A DNA stretch of 64,000 nt. Origin: a bacterium. GTDB lineage: Bacteria > Hinthialibacterota > Hinthialibacteria > Hinthialibacterales > Hinthialibacteraceae. The notes under the pieces are model-generated. The model was given only the letters and a program-made list of their open reading frames with translations. It was not told where the DNA came from and searched no databases. Location: NCBI GenBank assembly GCA_963663405.2, contig CAXXSM010000061.1:1-64000 (forward strand). The letters run 5' to 3'. This document shows, in pieces, positions 51,873-61,762 of this stretch (position 1 is its first letter; each line of letters opens with the position of its first letter). Position numbers and translations under genes: made by a program.

Positions 51873-52370
51873 GTGTATCGCATAGGTCTTGGTTTTATCG
51901 CGTTGAGTATACTATGTTTCACCTATGGTTGCGGGGGGGAAGAAAGCGCTTCCGTTTCCGCCAAGAAAACGATCGCGCCCATAACAGGCCCCGTTACCGT
52001 GAATATTCCCGTAAATCGATTCATTGTCACAAGTGATCTCAATTCGGCGAAGGATCTTCTCGGCGGATCGGATCAAGATACACCGCAGGACCGGCAATTA
52101 GTCATACAATGGAACTTTGGCGCTTTGCAAATGGATGACGCGCACGTTTTTGTCGATATAAACGGACAAAACCCCAAAGGAAAGTACTTGGGTGGATCGC
52201 GCGGCTCCCATTTCGTTTGGAAACCGAATGGGGAACGAACGAGCGCCCCATTTCAACAAGGCCCCCAATTTGGAAACAAATACCGTTTCATCGTGAAAGC
52301 TCTCCGACAGGAACAGGTCGTTCGTATCCTTGAATCGGATAAAACAGTTTCGTATCAACAGAAAAACTGA
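51873..52370 (+). CDS. Hypothetical lipoprotein
   Basis: Lipobox TYGC; small beta-rich domain. Confidence 0.6.
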   Translation: MYRIGLGFIALSILCFTYGCGGEESASVSAKKTIAPITGPVTVNIPVNRFIVTSDLNSAKDLLGGSDQDTPQDRQLVIQWNFGALQMDDAHVFVDINGQNPKGKYLGGSRGSHFVWKPNGERTSAPFQQGPQFGNKYRFIVKALRQEQVVRILESDKTVSYQQKN

Positions 52371-52513
52371 AGTTTCGCTATTTTCACTCATAATTCGGCC
52401 ATCCAAATCCTACCATTGCCTGAGTTCCGCTGAATAAAAAGCGTCTAAATCTCAACCTATCGGGTATACTATCCTAAATACAACGATAACTGCTGATAAA
52501 GGAGATTGGTTCT

Positions 52514-52882
52514 ATGCCGAACATTAAACAAATCAATGTTGTTTTCATCTATGTGAAAGATCTGGGAACCATGAAGGAATTTTATGGAAATACAATTGGA
52601 TTGGGTAAACCTAAAGTGGAATCAGATTTGTGGGTTGAATACGAACTATCAGGCTCGAATTTCGCATTGCACCAGGGAGATCCCCTTGTTCTGGATGGAA
52701 TTGATCCTTCGGAAAACTCCGTAAAATTCTGCTTTGAAGTGGATGATATCGAAGCCGCCGCGGCGGAATTAAAAGGGAAAGGCGTTAAGTTTACGGTTGA
52801 ACCACGCAACGATTTCAAATCGCTCATCGCCGAATTCAAAGATCCAGAAAGAAATTTAATTCGTATCGTTCAATATCGTTAA
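52514..52882 (+). CDS. VOC/glyoxalase family protein
   Basis: V.D...KEFY...IGL, FEVDDIEAA..EL..KGV, FKDPE.N. Confidence 0.9.
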   Translation: MPNIKQINVVFIYVKDLGTMKEFYGNTIGLGKPKVESDLWVEYELSGSNFALHQGDPLVLDGIDPSENSVKFCFEVDDIEAAAAELKGKGVKFTVEPRNDFKSLIAEFKDPERNLIRIVQYR

Positions 52883-52916
52883 TCTAACTCAATAAAACGA
52901 AGCCGTTATACGATTG

Positions 52917-52949
52917 AAAAGGGGAACGCGTCAGCGCATCCCCTTTTTT
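52917..52949 (+). terminator. Rho-independent terminator (possibly bidirectional)
   Basis: AAAAGGGGA...TCCCCTTTTTT. Confidence 0.7.
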
Positions 52950-53130
52950 CATGTCCATAGGGCGAAAATGAGAATAGAAAATGTTTATTCGCTCTACTTA
53001 TTGGATAGAACCTGAATTAATCAGAAAAAACGTAATTTATTCAAAAAAATGTAGTCGATCTCTTCCGCTCCTACGTATGGTAAAGTAGAGAGCAAGGCAT
53101 TCCATTCCCCCACAAACAAGGCAGGTTCTC

Positions 53131-56010
53131 ATGAAAAAACAGAGCAGATTCACACTTGTATTCTATTTGTGTATTGCGATCGCTGGCATTATCTCTTCTA
53201 TTGCGGCTGTATCGGAAACTCACCAATCTGGACGATTTCTCATTCCGAATCCAATTCCTCAAACACACTATTATATCGAAGCAACTATCGACCAAGCAAA
53301 TAACCGGATGGATGGGCATGAGACAATCAAAATTATCAATCAATCAAAGAATCCGATTACACAGCTGATCGTCGATTGGCCGGATGAGATGGATATTGTA
53401 TACAATGGGGAGCCGGTTCGTTCCTTTCTAAAGGGCGTGAATGGATTATCCGGCTCACAAGTACTGTTCAATCTTCCTCAAGCCATTCAACAAGGAAAAT
53501 CCGCGGCGTTAGAAATCCAATTCCATTCTCCTCTGCGATTACGTTCAGTAACAAAGTTAGAGGGATGGTTCCCGCAACTCTGGTGGGGCCGAAATACAAC
53601 CGCTGATTACGAAGTGAAACTGAACGCCCCGGAAGAATACCGAGTAGCCGCTAGTGGTGTATTCGATGAATCCAGGAATTCTTACATTGCGGAAAACTGC
53701 CGGAAATTCGGTCTTGTCCTTATGAAAGGTCTAGACGTTCTACAAGCGAAATCCGGCGGAACGACAATATACAGTTACTATGATGAAGGCAGCCGGGAAT
53801 GTGTTGAATTTACCCATCAAATAGCCATTGACGCAATCGATTTCTATCGGAATTGGCTTGGTTTCTATCCACGTAAGGTCTTACATATCGTTCCCGGCGG
53901 ACTCTCGCATCCCGCCGGTGGCTATCCCATCGCGACGTCAATTGTTGGAATCCACGGTCAAAAGCAATTTGACAAAGCCCCACAATCCCACTGGCAGTTT
54001 ATTACCGCGCATGAAATCGGTCATGAATATTGGATAGAGCACGTCCTGGAAGCCCCCAATCAGTTCTGGTTAATGATCGGTTTGGGCGTATACGCCGACC
54101 GCGCGTTCATGCTGGCCAAAGGATACGGCGATCAACGCGAACGGGACATGATGAGCCGATACATCAAAGGCGTCCGGGAACAATTGGATACACGGATGAA
54201 CCGGCTGCCGGAAGAGATGCAAGACGTTCAGTTTGATTACAACAATGTCATCAATCATGGGAAAGGATTCAGTGTGATCAGCGCATTGGCCTGCGCGATC
54301 GGCAAGGACGCGTTCGAATCCGCTTATAAACGCTGTCTCAAAGAATACAAAGGAAAGACTCTTTGCGTATCGGATTTTCAACGCGTTTGTGAAGAAGAAA
54401 GTGGAGAGATTCTCGATTGGTTTTTTGACTCATGGATTCGTACGAGCGACTTTCTTTCCTATGAAATCGTTTCGCAGGAAACATCGTTCAAGGACGGAAA
54501 GTATGAGACAATAGTAAACGTTAAAAACAGAGGGACGCTTTCCATGCCCGTTCCTGTTACCGCTTTTTTTGAAGATGGTTCCAGTCAGTGTCTTTTCACG
54601 AGTCGATTGTTGGATGAATGCGCCTTGATCTTTACCAGCGAAACACCGTTGAAGGATCTTAAAATTGACGCGCAAAACGAATTACCGATGGTTACCCCCC
54701 CTCCTGAACCAACATTAAAACAACTCAAAGAGAAATTGCGGGAATTGGACTTTGATGGAGAAGGGGATGAAGCCCTTCAAATTTACAACCGCGTTCAAAG
54801 CATCATACAGGATGGCCAGGTATTCTCCTGGTGTCGATTGGGGATGTATCTTTACGATGAAAAACACGATGAAGAAGCGCTGCAAGCGTTTCAAAAAGAT
54901 TCTCTTCAAAATCCAACATCGTTCCTCAGTTACGTTTGGCAAGGTCATATCTACGATCTATTGAATCAGCGAGACAAGGCGGTTACGTGTTATAAGAAAG
55001 CGCTGGCGTTGAATCCCACCTCATGGGTACGGCACGACCAGTGGGGGATGAAAATCGACCGCGCTTGGATCGAACGACGAATCGAATCCCCCTTTCAACG
55101 GCCCGATCCAAAAATCCTCTCTCTGAAAAATCGAATTCAAGATCTTGAATGGACAGGCGATGGAGATAAAGCCTTACAGATTTTCAATGAAGTCAAGAGT
55201 CTCAATCTTGAGGATGAGTGGGGCAAATTGGGCTTGTGTCTGTACGATGGGAAACACTATGAGGAAGCGCTGCAGGCGTTTCAAAAAGACAGTCAATTGA
55301 ATCCAAACTCGTTTGGCAGCCTTGTTTGGCAGGGACATCTTAACGATCTGTTAAACCAGCGTGAAAAAGCGCTTTCCTGTTATCAGAAAGCGTTGGAGAT
55401 GAATCCGACTTCATGGATTCGGCACGATCAATATGGGATCAAGATCGATCTGGAGTGGATCAAAGAACGGTTGGAAACACCCTATCAGCGGCATGAATCT
55501 GATGCGAGCAACATGCAATCCGAAAAAGAAACACAATCCGAACCAGGCCTTGCGGATATCTTAAAGCAGATGGGGTACGACGCATCCGTGATAGAAACAC
55601 CTCTATCCGTAGCTCAATTCAAGGCAAGCGCCAATCCATCCGCCCAAATCCTGCAAAAAAATGGAAACGCTCGTATCAATTTCGGCTGGTACAGCAAAGA
55701 AGAGAAACATCCTTTGTTCGAGAATCTCTCCGGCCCAACGCAATCGAAACCGTTTCAACCAGGCGATGCGGCATTCGGCTTCTATATCGATGTTGATTTT
55801 CAGGATGAATATCACTGGTACACAGAAATTTCACGGAATAAGGGTGAAGCCCATGTAAAAGTGTATCCTCTTGTCAAAGACGGTCAGGAAATCCCTGCGT
55901 CTTATTTATTATGCTGGGAAGATTTACCGCTTGGGATGGATATTATTGATGATTATCAAGACATTATTGTTCATGTCAGTGGTGTAGCGCCTGTAGAGAA
56001 AGAGAAATAA
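53131..56010 (+). CDS. Secreted M1/gluzincin-like peptidase with duplicated TPR module and DUF4114-like C-terminus
   Basis: Signal peptide; AHEIGH, KG..V; two ~125-aa TPR repeats; WEDL...DDYQD tail. Confidence 0.78.
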   Translation: MKKQSRFTLVFYLCIAIAGIISSIAAVSETHQSGRFLIPNPIPQTHYYIEATIDQANNRMDGHETIKIINQSKNPITQLIVDWPDEMDIVYNGEPVRSFLKGVNGLSGSQVLFNLPQAIQQGKSAALEIQFHSPLRLRSVTKLEGWFPQLWWGRNTTADYEVKLNAPEEYRVAASGVFDESRNSYIAENCRKFGLVLMKGLDVLQAKSGGTTIYSYYDEGSRECVEFTHQIAIDAIDFYRNWLGFYPRKVLHIVPGGLSHPAGGYPIATSIVGIHGQKQFDKAPQSHWQFITAHEIGHEYWIEHVLEAPNQFWLMIGLGVYADRAFMLAKGYGDQRERDMMSRYIKGVREQLDTRMNRLPEEMQDVQFDYNNVINHGKGFSVISALACAIGKDAFESAYKRCLKEYKGKTLCVSDFQRVCEEESGEILDWFFDSWIRTSDFLSYEIVSQETSFKDGKYETIVNVKNRGTLSMPVPVTAFFEDGSSQCLFTSRLLDECALIFTSETPLKDLKIDAQNELPMVTPPPEPTLKQLKEKLRELDFDGEGDEALQIYNRVQSIIQDGQVFSWCRLGMYLYDEKHDEEALQAFQKDSLQNPTSFLSYVWQGHIYDLLNQRDKAVTCYKKALALNPTSWVRHDQWGMKIDRAWIERRIESPFQRPDPKILSLKNRIQDLEWTGDGDKALQIFNEVKSLNLEDEWGKLGLCLYDGKHYEEALQAFQKDSQLNPNSFGSLVWQGHLNDLLNQREKALSCYQKALEMNPTSWIRHDQYGIKIDLEWIKERLETPYQRHESDASNMQSEKETQSEPGLADILKQMGYDASVIETPLSVAQFKASANPSAQILQKNGNARINFGWYSKEEKHPLFENLSGPTQSKPFQPGDAAFGFYIDVDFQDEYHWYTEISRNKGEAHVKVYPLVKDGQEIPASYLLCWEDLPLGMDIIDDYQDIIVHVSGVAPVEKEK

Positions 56011-56033
56011 TAAAAGCCCATCGTCCGCTTTTC

Positions 56034-57209
56034 TTATTTACATACAATCTCATACACATTAGTCGTCGCAATTAAATATACTGGCTGCGACCCCGGTCCG
56101 TTGGGCCGGTAGACATACGGCCCGGCTGAACTGGCGGTAATGTTTGGGATTTTCGCCTGGAGTTTGCCTTTGTTACTCAGGATCAAGACGCCTGTTTCAC
56201 TCGGTGGTTTTAGCATTCTTGAATAGCGTGAAATGATTTCGGGAACGCCGTCGCCGGTCATATCGGCAAAACCGCATGCGCCACCCCGTTCATCGTCTGG
56301 AGTATAGTTATAGCGCCACAATTCTTTCCCGTTCATGTCCAGCATTAAAATCGAACCATCACGGGTTTCTTTGGGCGATTCCTGTTCTGTATTAACGGCA
56401 ATAGCCGGGCCGCCGTTTGGATGGCCGTTTTTATGATATAAGGCTTCATAGCAATTATTCCCCCCCAGTCCGTTGGGCGTTACGTTCGCTGTCCACAGCG
56501 TCCGCATAGCGCACGTTTCCGGATTCCATTTCAAGTAATGAACCTGTCCAGGACTCCGGCCGGTAGAAACAATAGCTTCGTCATATCCATCTCCATCGTA
56601 ATCGCAGACATCAATCCGTTGGATGGTTTTCTTCAACTGCTTTGCATGCGATAAAAGTTTCCCATATTGATCGAGCAGATACAGTCCGCTGTTATCACCG
56701 CCAAAACATACTTCTCTGCCAGGATTCTGTGTAAAATTCCCAACTTCGATCCCCCGATAGTAGGGGCCTTGCTTGACATCCAAAAAAAACCAGAGCGTTT
56801 CCAACTTGCGAGTTTCCTGGTTCCAGCGCAGGGCGTAAACTCCGGGCGCCTGCATGCGGATTGTCAACAGGATTTCATTATTTCCATCGCCATCCAGATC
56901 CCCCGCCGTTATACACATCACTTTATCCCCGCCCGCAAGCGGTTCCCTCCAAGCAGCCACCAAGTCCAGATCCGCGTTATAAAAAGCCGCTGTACAATCT
57001 TCGTAGGATGTCGCCCATGAAACCGCAAAACACGGCCCATCTTTGGGCATCCCCGGCAGCAGGTGACTGTTCCCTCCTCCCCGCCCATGCGCGAACGGAT
57101 TCTCTAGTGTACGAACATGCTTTAAAACAATATCCTGCCCATAACTGAACGGCATGAAGAACGCCGTGAATACAAACACCAGTACATGAAAATAGATTCT
57201 TCTCTTCAT
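56034..57209 (-). CDS. Secreted FG-GAP/VCBS repeat beta-propeller protein
   Basis: GDLDGDGNNE, DYDGDGYDE and DMTGDGVPE calcium-blade motifs; signal peptide. Confidence 0.8.
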   Translation of the reverse strand: MKRRIYFHVLVFVFTAFFMPFSYGQDIVLKHVRTLENPFAHGRGGGNSHLLPGMPKDGPCFAVSWATSYEDCTAAFYNADLDLVAAWREPLAGGDKVMCITAGDLDGDGNNEILLTIRMQAPGVYALRWNQETRKLETLWFFLDVKQGPYYRGIEVGNFTQNPGREVCFGGDNSGLYLLDQYGKLLSHAKQLKKTIQRIDVCDYDGDGYDEAIVSTGRSPGQVHYLKWNPETCAMRTLWTANVTPNGLGGNNCYEALYHKNGHPNGGPAIAVNTEQESPKETRDGSILMLDMNGKELWRYNYTPDDERGGACGFADMTGDGVPEIISRYSRMLKPPSETGVLILSNKGKLQAKIPNITASSAGPYVYRPNGPGSQPVYLIATTNVYEIVCK

Positions 57210-57423
57210 GATGTTTCCTTTTCAGAATTTACAGTTTTTTGATAACGTCATGAATATACATCCAAACGAAATACGGTTTGACCATTCATTCAACGATCCC
57301 TCAACCTATTGAAATTTCAAAAGATCAATTAGTATAAACTCTACAGATTGTCCTGCAAGCAGATACGAAAAGCATTTCTTAGATGATGGACTAAAACAAA
57401 CGAATCAATCAAAGGAACCAACA

Positions 57424-58260
57424 ATGCGAGTACTATTATTTTTTGGCTTTTGGATCACTTACTTCATTTCTTTCCAGATTGGTATAGCCGCCGCTTCATT
57501 TCCGGGAGAAAAATCGAATTGGCAAGGTTTTGATCGATATGATTTTGAGATTAAAGATCGTAATTGCATCGTAGTCACCCCTAAAGAAGAGGCAGAAGGC
57601 CGGCCCTGGATTTGGCGCGCTCGTTTTTGGGGGCATGAGCCGCAGACCGATCTAGCTTTATTAGAACGAGGCTTTCACTTGGTCTATATAGATGTCGCTG
57701 AATTATTCGGCTCACCAAAAGCAGTGACCATTTGGGATGCCTTTTACTCCTATTTAACAGAGCAGCATGGATTTTCGAAAAAAGCGGTTCTGGAAGGAAT
57801 GAGCCGTGGAGGTTTAATCGTTTATAACTGGGCCAAAAAAAATCCTGAAAAGACAGCCTGTATCTACGCCGATGCGCCCGTGTGCGATATCCGTAGTTGG
57901 CCTGGCGGGAAAGGAATTGGAAAAGGAAGTCCCGAAGACTGGAAAAAATGTTTGCTGGCGTACGGTATAAGCGAGAGTGAAGCGGAAACGTTTAAACAAA
58001 ATCCTATTGACAATCTCGAACCGTTGGCGCGAGCGAAAGTTCCTATTCTGCATGTATGCGGTGATGCGGATAACGTTGTCCCCGTTATTGAGAATACCGC
58101 CATTCTTGAAAAACGATATAAAGAACAAGGCGGCGTTATTCTTGTCATCCACAAAAAGGGCGTGGGACATCATCCACATAGCCTAAAAGATCCAACACCG
58201 ATCGTGGAATTTATTATGACACACGCTATGGGTATTACCCGCGAATCGGATCACCACTGA
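57424..58260 (+). CDS. Secreted alpha/beta hydrolase
   Basis: GMSRGG nucleophile elbow, GDADNVVP, GHHPH. Confidence 0.88.
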   Translation: MRVLLFFGFWITYFISFQIGIAAASFPGEKSNWQGFDRYDFEIKDRNCIVVTPKEEAEGRPWIWRARFWGHEPQTDLALLERGFHLVYIDVAELFGSPKAVTIWDAFYSYLTEQHGFSKKAVLEGMSRGGLIVYNWAKKNPEKTACIYADAPVCDIRSWPGGKGIGKGSPEDWKKCLLAYGISESEAETFKQNPIDNLEPLARAKVPILHVCGDADNVVPVIENTAILEKRYKEQGGVILVIHKKGVGHHPHSLKDPTPIVEFIMTHAMGITRESDHH

Positions 58261-58303
58261 TTAATTCATAACTGATGTTGCACAACTTCATTGATTGAGA
58301 TTT

Positions 58304-58451
58304 TTTTGTCTGAATCCGGATGGCCAGGACAACCAGGATATGCAGGATAGGTATTATCAGAGTGATATTGATAATCGAATTGTAAAATTCGTACTCAAAG
58401 TTTTTTATCCTGGTTATCCTTTTCATCTTGGATATCCAGATTCAGACAAAA
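58304..58451. repeat. MITE/REP-like element with 46-bp imperfect terminal inverted repeats built from ~9-bp CAGGAT units
   Basis: Left arm 58304-58349 vs reverse complement of 58406-58451: 36/46 identical, outer 13 bp perfect. Confidence 0.7.
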
Positions 58452-58593
58452 GCGGATTCAGAGAAGAATTTCAATCTATTGGTTTGCGTAACATCAATTC
58501 ATAATCAATATGGTTTGTCTGGAACGTGAGTGTGTTTAATTTTTTCACGAAAGCATGCACGAAAATGTACGAATAACCAATGAGGTATAAATC

Positions 58594-60036
58594 ATGATAA
58601 AGTCAAATCGGCGAAGTTTCTTAAAGCATACCGCCGTGTTCGTTGCTTCGGCTTTCGTTCCACAGATGGTTCGAGCCAAGAATAAATCCAGCCAATCTCC
58701 AAATATTATTCTGATCTTCATTGATGACATGGGGTGGAAAGATCTATCTTGTTTTGGGAATACCAAGGCGAATACACCCCATATCGATCAGATCGCAAAG
58801 GAAGGGATTCGCTTTGAGCAGTTTTATGTCAACTCGCCGATCTGTTCTCCCTCACGAGTGGCTATATCGACTGGACAATACCCTCAGCGTCATCGTATTT
58901 CGTCCTATTTGGCGCACAGAAAGAATAATGAAGAGCGTGGGATCGCCAACTGGCTCGATCCCAAAGCGCCGATGCTGGCTCGATTTCTCCAACAGTCTGG
59001 TTACGCGACAGGGCATTTTGGTAAATGGCATATGGGCGGACAGCGGGATGTGACGGACGCGTATCCCATTTCCGCGTATGGTTTTGACGCGTCATTGACT
59101 AACTTTGAAGGCTTAGGCCCAAAACTGTTACCTTTAACCGAAGTCCCGGTAGAGGATGGAACGATAAAAAAAGGAAAAATTTGGGAAGATGCGGCGATCC
59201 TGGGCGAACCGGTTACATGGATGAAACGTTCGAAAATAACCGGGGGCTTTGTCGAACGGGCGATCAACTTTATCGATCAAGCCCAAGCGGAAAAGAAATC
59301 CTTCTATATCAACCTTTGGCCGGACGATGTCCATTCCCCATTTTTCCCATCGATCAAGAATTGGGCCGATTCAAAGGAAGGACTCTATTTGTCCGTTCTG
59401 GAAGAGATGGACCGGCAATTGAATCCTTTATTCGACAAGATCAAAAACGATCAAGAATTGAGAGACAATACACTCATTCTCTTCTGCTCCGATAACGGAC
59501 CCGAAAAAGGCGCTGGTTCCTCGAAACCGTTTCGAGGCTCGAAAGCGACGCTTTACGAAGGGGGAATCCGTTCTCCGCTGGTGGTTTGGGGACCGGGCTT
59601 CATGGAAAAAGACCGGATTGGAACCGTGAATCAATCGTCTGTTTTTTCCGCCATTGATTTGGTCCCATCCTTACTTGAAATTGCAGACGTATCTGTCCCT
59701 GGAAGAATCACATTCGATGGAGAGAATCTTGCGGACACTCTTCTCGGGAAATCGAAAAAATCCCGTTCCGCTCCTATCTTCTTCCGCCGTCCTCCTGACC
59801 GGGAAAATTATCTTGGGGATATCGGTCTTCCCGACCTGGCCGTGCGGGATAGTCAATGGAAATTATTGTGTGAATATGGAGGCATACAACCTCAGCTCTT
59901 CAACCTGGAAACCGATCCGTGCGAATCGAACAATCTTGCCAGTGAATATCCTGAAGTCACAAAGCAGCTGATCCAAGCGATCCTCGCCTGGAATCGATCG
60001 CTGCCAAAAGACGCCGGTGATCCCGATTATCAATAG
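58594..60036 (+). CDS. Formylglycine-dependent (Cys-type) sulfatase, Tat signal
   Basis: NRRSFLK; PNIILIFIDDMG, CSPSR, GKWHMG, SDNG, LYEGGIR. Confidence 0.94.
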   Translation: MIKSNRRSFLKHTAVFVASAFVPQMVRAKNKSSQSPNIILIFIDDMGWKDLSCFGNTKANTPHIDQIAKEGIRFEQFYVNSPICSPSRVAISTGQYPQRHRISSYLAHRKNNEERGIANWLDPKAPMLARFLQQSGYATGHFGKWHMGGQRDVTDAYPISAYGFDASLTNFEGLGPKLLPLTEVPVEDGTIKKGKIWEDAAILGEPVTWMKRSKITGGFVERAINFIDQAQAEKKSFYINLWPDDVHSPFFPSIKNWADSKEGLYLSVLEEMDRQLNPLFDKIKNDQELRDNTLILFCSDNGPEKGAGSSKPFRGSKATLYEGGIRSPLVVWGPGFMEKDRIGTVNQSSVFSAIDLVPSLLEIADVSVPGRITFDGENLADTLLGKSKKSRSAPIFFRRPPDRENYLGDIGLPDLAVRDSQWKLLCEYGGIQPQLFNLETDPCESNNLASEYPEVTKQLIQAILAWNRSLPKDAGDPDYQ

Positions 60037-60082
60037 ACCTTCATGAATAGGAGCGCGACCTATTAATGAAAATGAGTTGCAG
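60034..60082 (+). repeat. Dispersed ~49-bp motif, copy C
   Basis: TAGACCTTCATGAATAGGAGCGCGACCTATTAATGAAAATGAGTTGCAG; the first TAG is the sulfatase stop codon. Confidence 0.7.
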
Positions 60083-60188
60083 TTTGTTTAAAAGAATTGA
60101 TAAAGATTCCCAGGCCGATCTTCACTAAGTCCCGCCCTCGTTCATACAGTTCGTCCCAGCCATCCTGATGTCGTAAAATCTATCCCCA

Positions 60189-60473
60189 CTACGCCGGCGC
60201 CTTCTCCCGCGTAAAGAAGAGTTTGCAAAAGCAATGGCCCTCGGCTTTGATCTCATCTAGCCACTCTGGACAAGGACAGGTTTTATCCTTGCCTTTTTCC
60301 GCAGGTTTCACAGTTTGCTTACATGGACATACCCATTCCTGAACGGCGTCAAAGTTATCCGCCATTAATCCAACGACTTTCTTGACTCGCTCTTCATCTG
60401 GATTCAGCGTCAAAGCATTTTCCTCCGCAATCCGAATCAATCTCTCCAGGTTCAACCGGTACGTATCCGGCAT
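60189..60473 (-). CDS. Ferredoxin-thioredoxin reductase catalytic subunit-like protein
   Basis: CPC...CPC...CFC.LF motifs; AAGGAG RBS. Confidence 0.85.
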   Translation of the reverse strand: MPDTYRLNLERLIRIAEENALTLNPDEERVKKVVGLMADNFDAVQEWVCPCKQTVKPAEKGKDKTCPCPEWLDEIKAEGHCFCKLFFTREKAPA

Positions 60474-60705
60474 ATTAAGTTCTCCTTTTTATCGCTAAGT
60501 ATTATTAGAATTATTCTGTGGATTCTTTTAGCAGTCAAGGCAAATTCGCATAAACAACTACGATTGAGGCCACAACGCACAAACGAAAGTTAGAAAACCA
60601 ATAATTTGATCAAATTTGCCTTGATTTTATTGAGAATGTGGCATAAACTCAAAAAAACCTTAAATAGCAATATGCATATCAAAACAACTGTGGGCTTAGA
60701 CAAGA

Positions 60706-60726
60706 TGGGCTAAAAGCGTAGCGTAG
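60706..60726 (+). repeat. Degenerate GTAG-type REP copy
   Basis: TGGGCTAAAAGCGTAGCGTAG, 20/21 identical to the reverse complement of the REP at 63101-63134. Confidence 0.6.
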
Positions 60727-60788
60727 GGCGCCATAACTACAATTCTGAATTTAATTGTTTGACACATAGAGATTAATAGAGATCAGTC

Positions 60789-61751
60789 ATGGAAATACAT
60801 TTCGAAGAAATGATTTACGAAATAAAAGAGGAAATGCAGGAGGAAAGTGAGAGCTTCGAGCCTTGGGATCGATATTGGAACCACCGTCCGTTAAGGAATT
60901 TCCCAACCAAGACGATCCAACAACCCTCTGAATACGAAGAGAGCGATTGCCTTTCTCTTGCCTGTACTCAAACGGATCTTCCAAGCCGGAAACAGCGCGA
61001 TCTTGTGCGCGAGTGGTGCGCGTTGCTGCCAACGCTGTCTACTATACGACTTCTATCCTTCGTATCGAGAGTTTCTCAAGAGCTTTTTGAGGCGGCCTGC
61101 GCCATAAAAAACCTTGAAGGTCTATACATCAAATGGAGCGGCATTAAGTCTCTTGAACCGATCGCGCGCCTATCGAAACTCACTCATCTTCACATCGGCA
61201 GTTCCCCTTCAGCAAAGCCAATTGAGGCGCTTTGTGAATTACCAAAATTAATCACTCTTGAATTGAGCAATGTCAAGTCTGCGGCCAATCTTTCTTTTTT
61301 AGCGCAAATGCAGGGACTGAAATCTTTAAAACTCTCTGGTGACAATAACAGTATTAAATCGCTGCGAATTCAGACGCTGAAACCGATTGTTAACCTAATC
61401 AATCTTGAAATGTTACAGATCATTACGGCGACGGTTTCTGACGAATCGCTTGAGCCGATCGGTCATCTTCCATTACTAAAGGACCTATTGCTTTCTAACC
61501 AGTATAAGATGGAGGAGGTCGCAAAGCTATCGGGACGTATGACAAACGTTCAATGCAATTTATTTAAACCGATCAGCAAACCTATCCCTTGGATGGCGTG
61601 TGAAAAATGTGGCCATTTCACGATGACGCTTCTTACCGGAAAGCGCAAACCAACACTCCGCAAGATTTGCGACAAGAAACGCATCGACAAGCACATTATT
61701 GAATTTAAACGTATTGCGGATACCACCTCTAGCGGAACAAAGAACATATAG
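60789..61751 (+). CDS. Leucine-rich repeat protein
   Basis: LxxLxxLxL repeats (LEPIARLSKLTHLHIG, LCELPKLITLELS); C-terminal CxxC. Confidence 0.8.
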   Translation: MEIHFEEMIYEIKEEMQEESESFEPWDRYWNHRPLRNFPTKTIQQPSEYEESDCLSLACTQTDLPSRKQRDLVREWCALLPTLSTIRLLSFVSRVSQELFEAACAIKNLEGLYIKWSGIKSLEPIARLSKLTHLHIGSSPSAKPIEALCELPKLITLELSNVKSAANLSFLAQMQGLKSLKLSGDNNSIKSLRIQTLKPIVNLINLEMLQIITATVSDESLEPIGHLPLLKDLLLSNQYKMEEVAKLSGRMTNVQCNLFKPISKPIPWMACEKCGHFTMTLLTGKRKPTLRKICDKKRIDKHIIEFKRIADTTSSGTKNI

Positions 61752-61762
61752 GAAACATTCAA

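Noticed and set aside
60063-60180. Short minus-strand open frame downstream of the FTR gene (ILRHQDGWDELYERGRDLVK...)
   Set aside because: No start codon or RBS and no recognisable homology.
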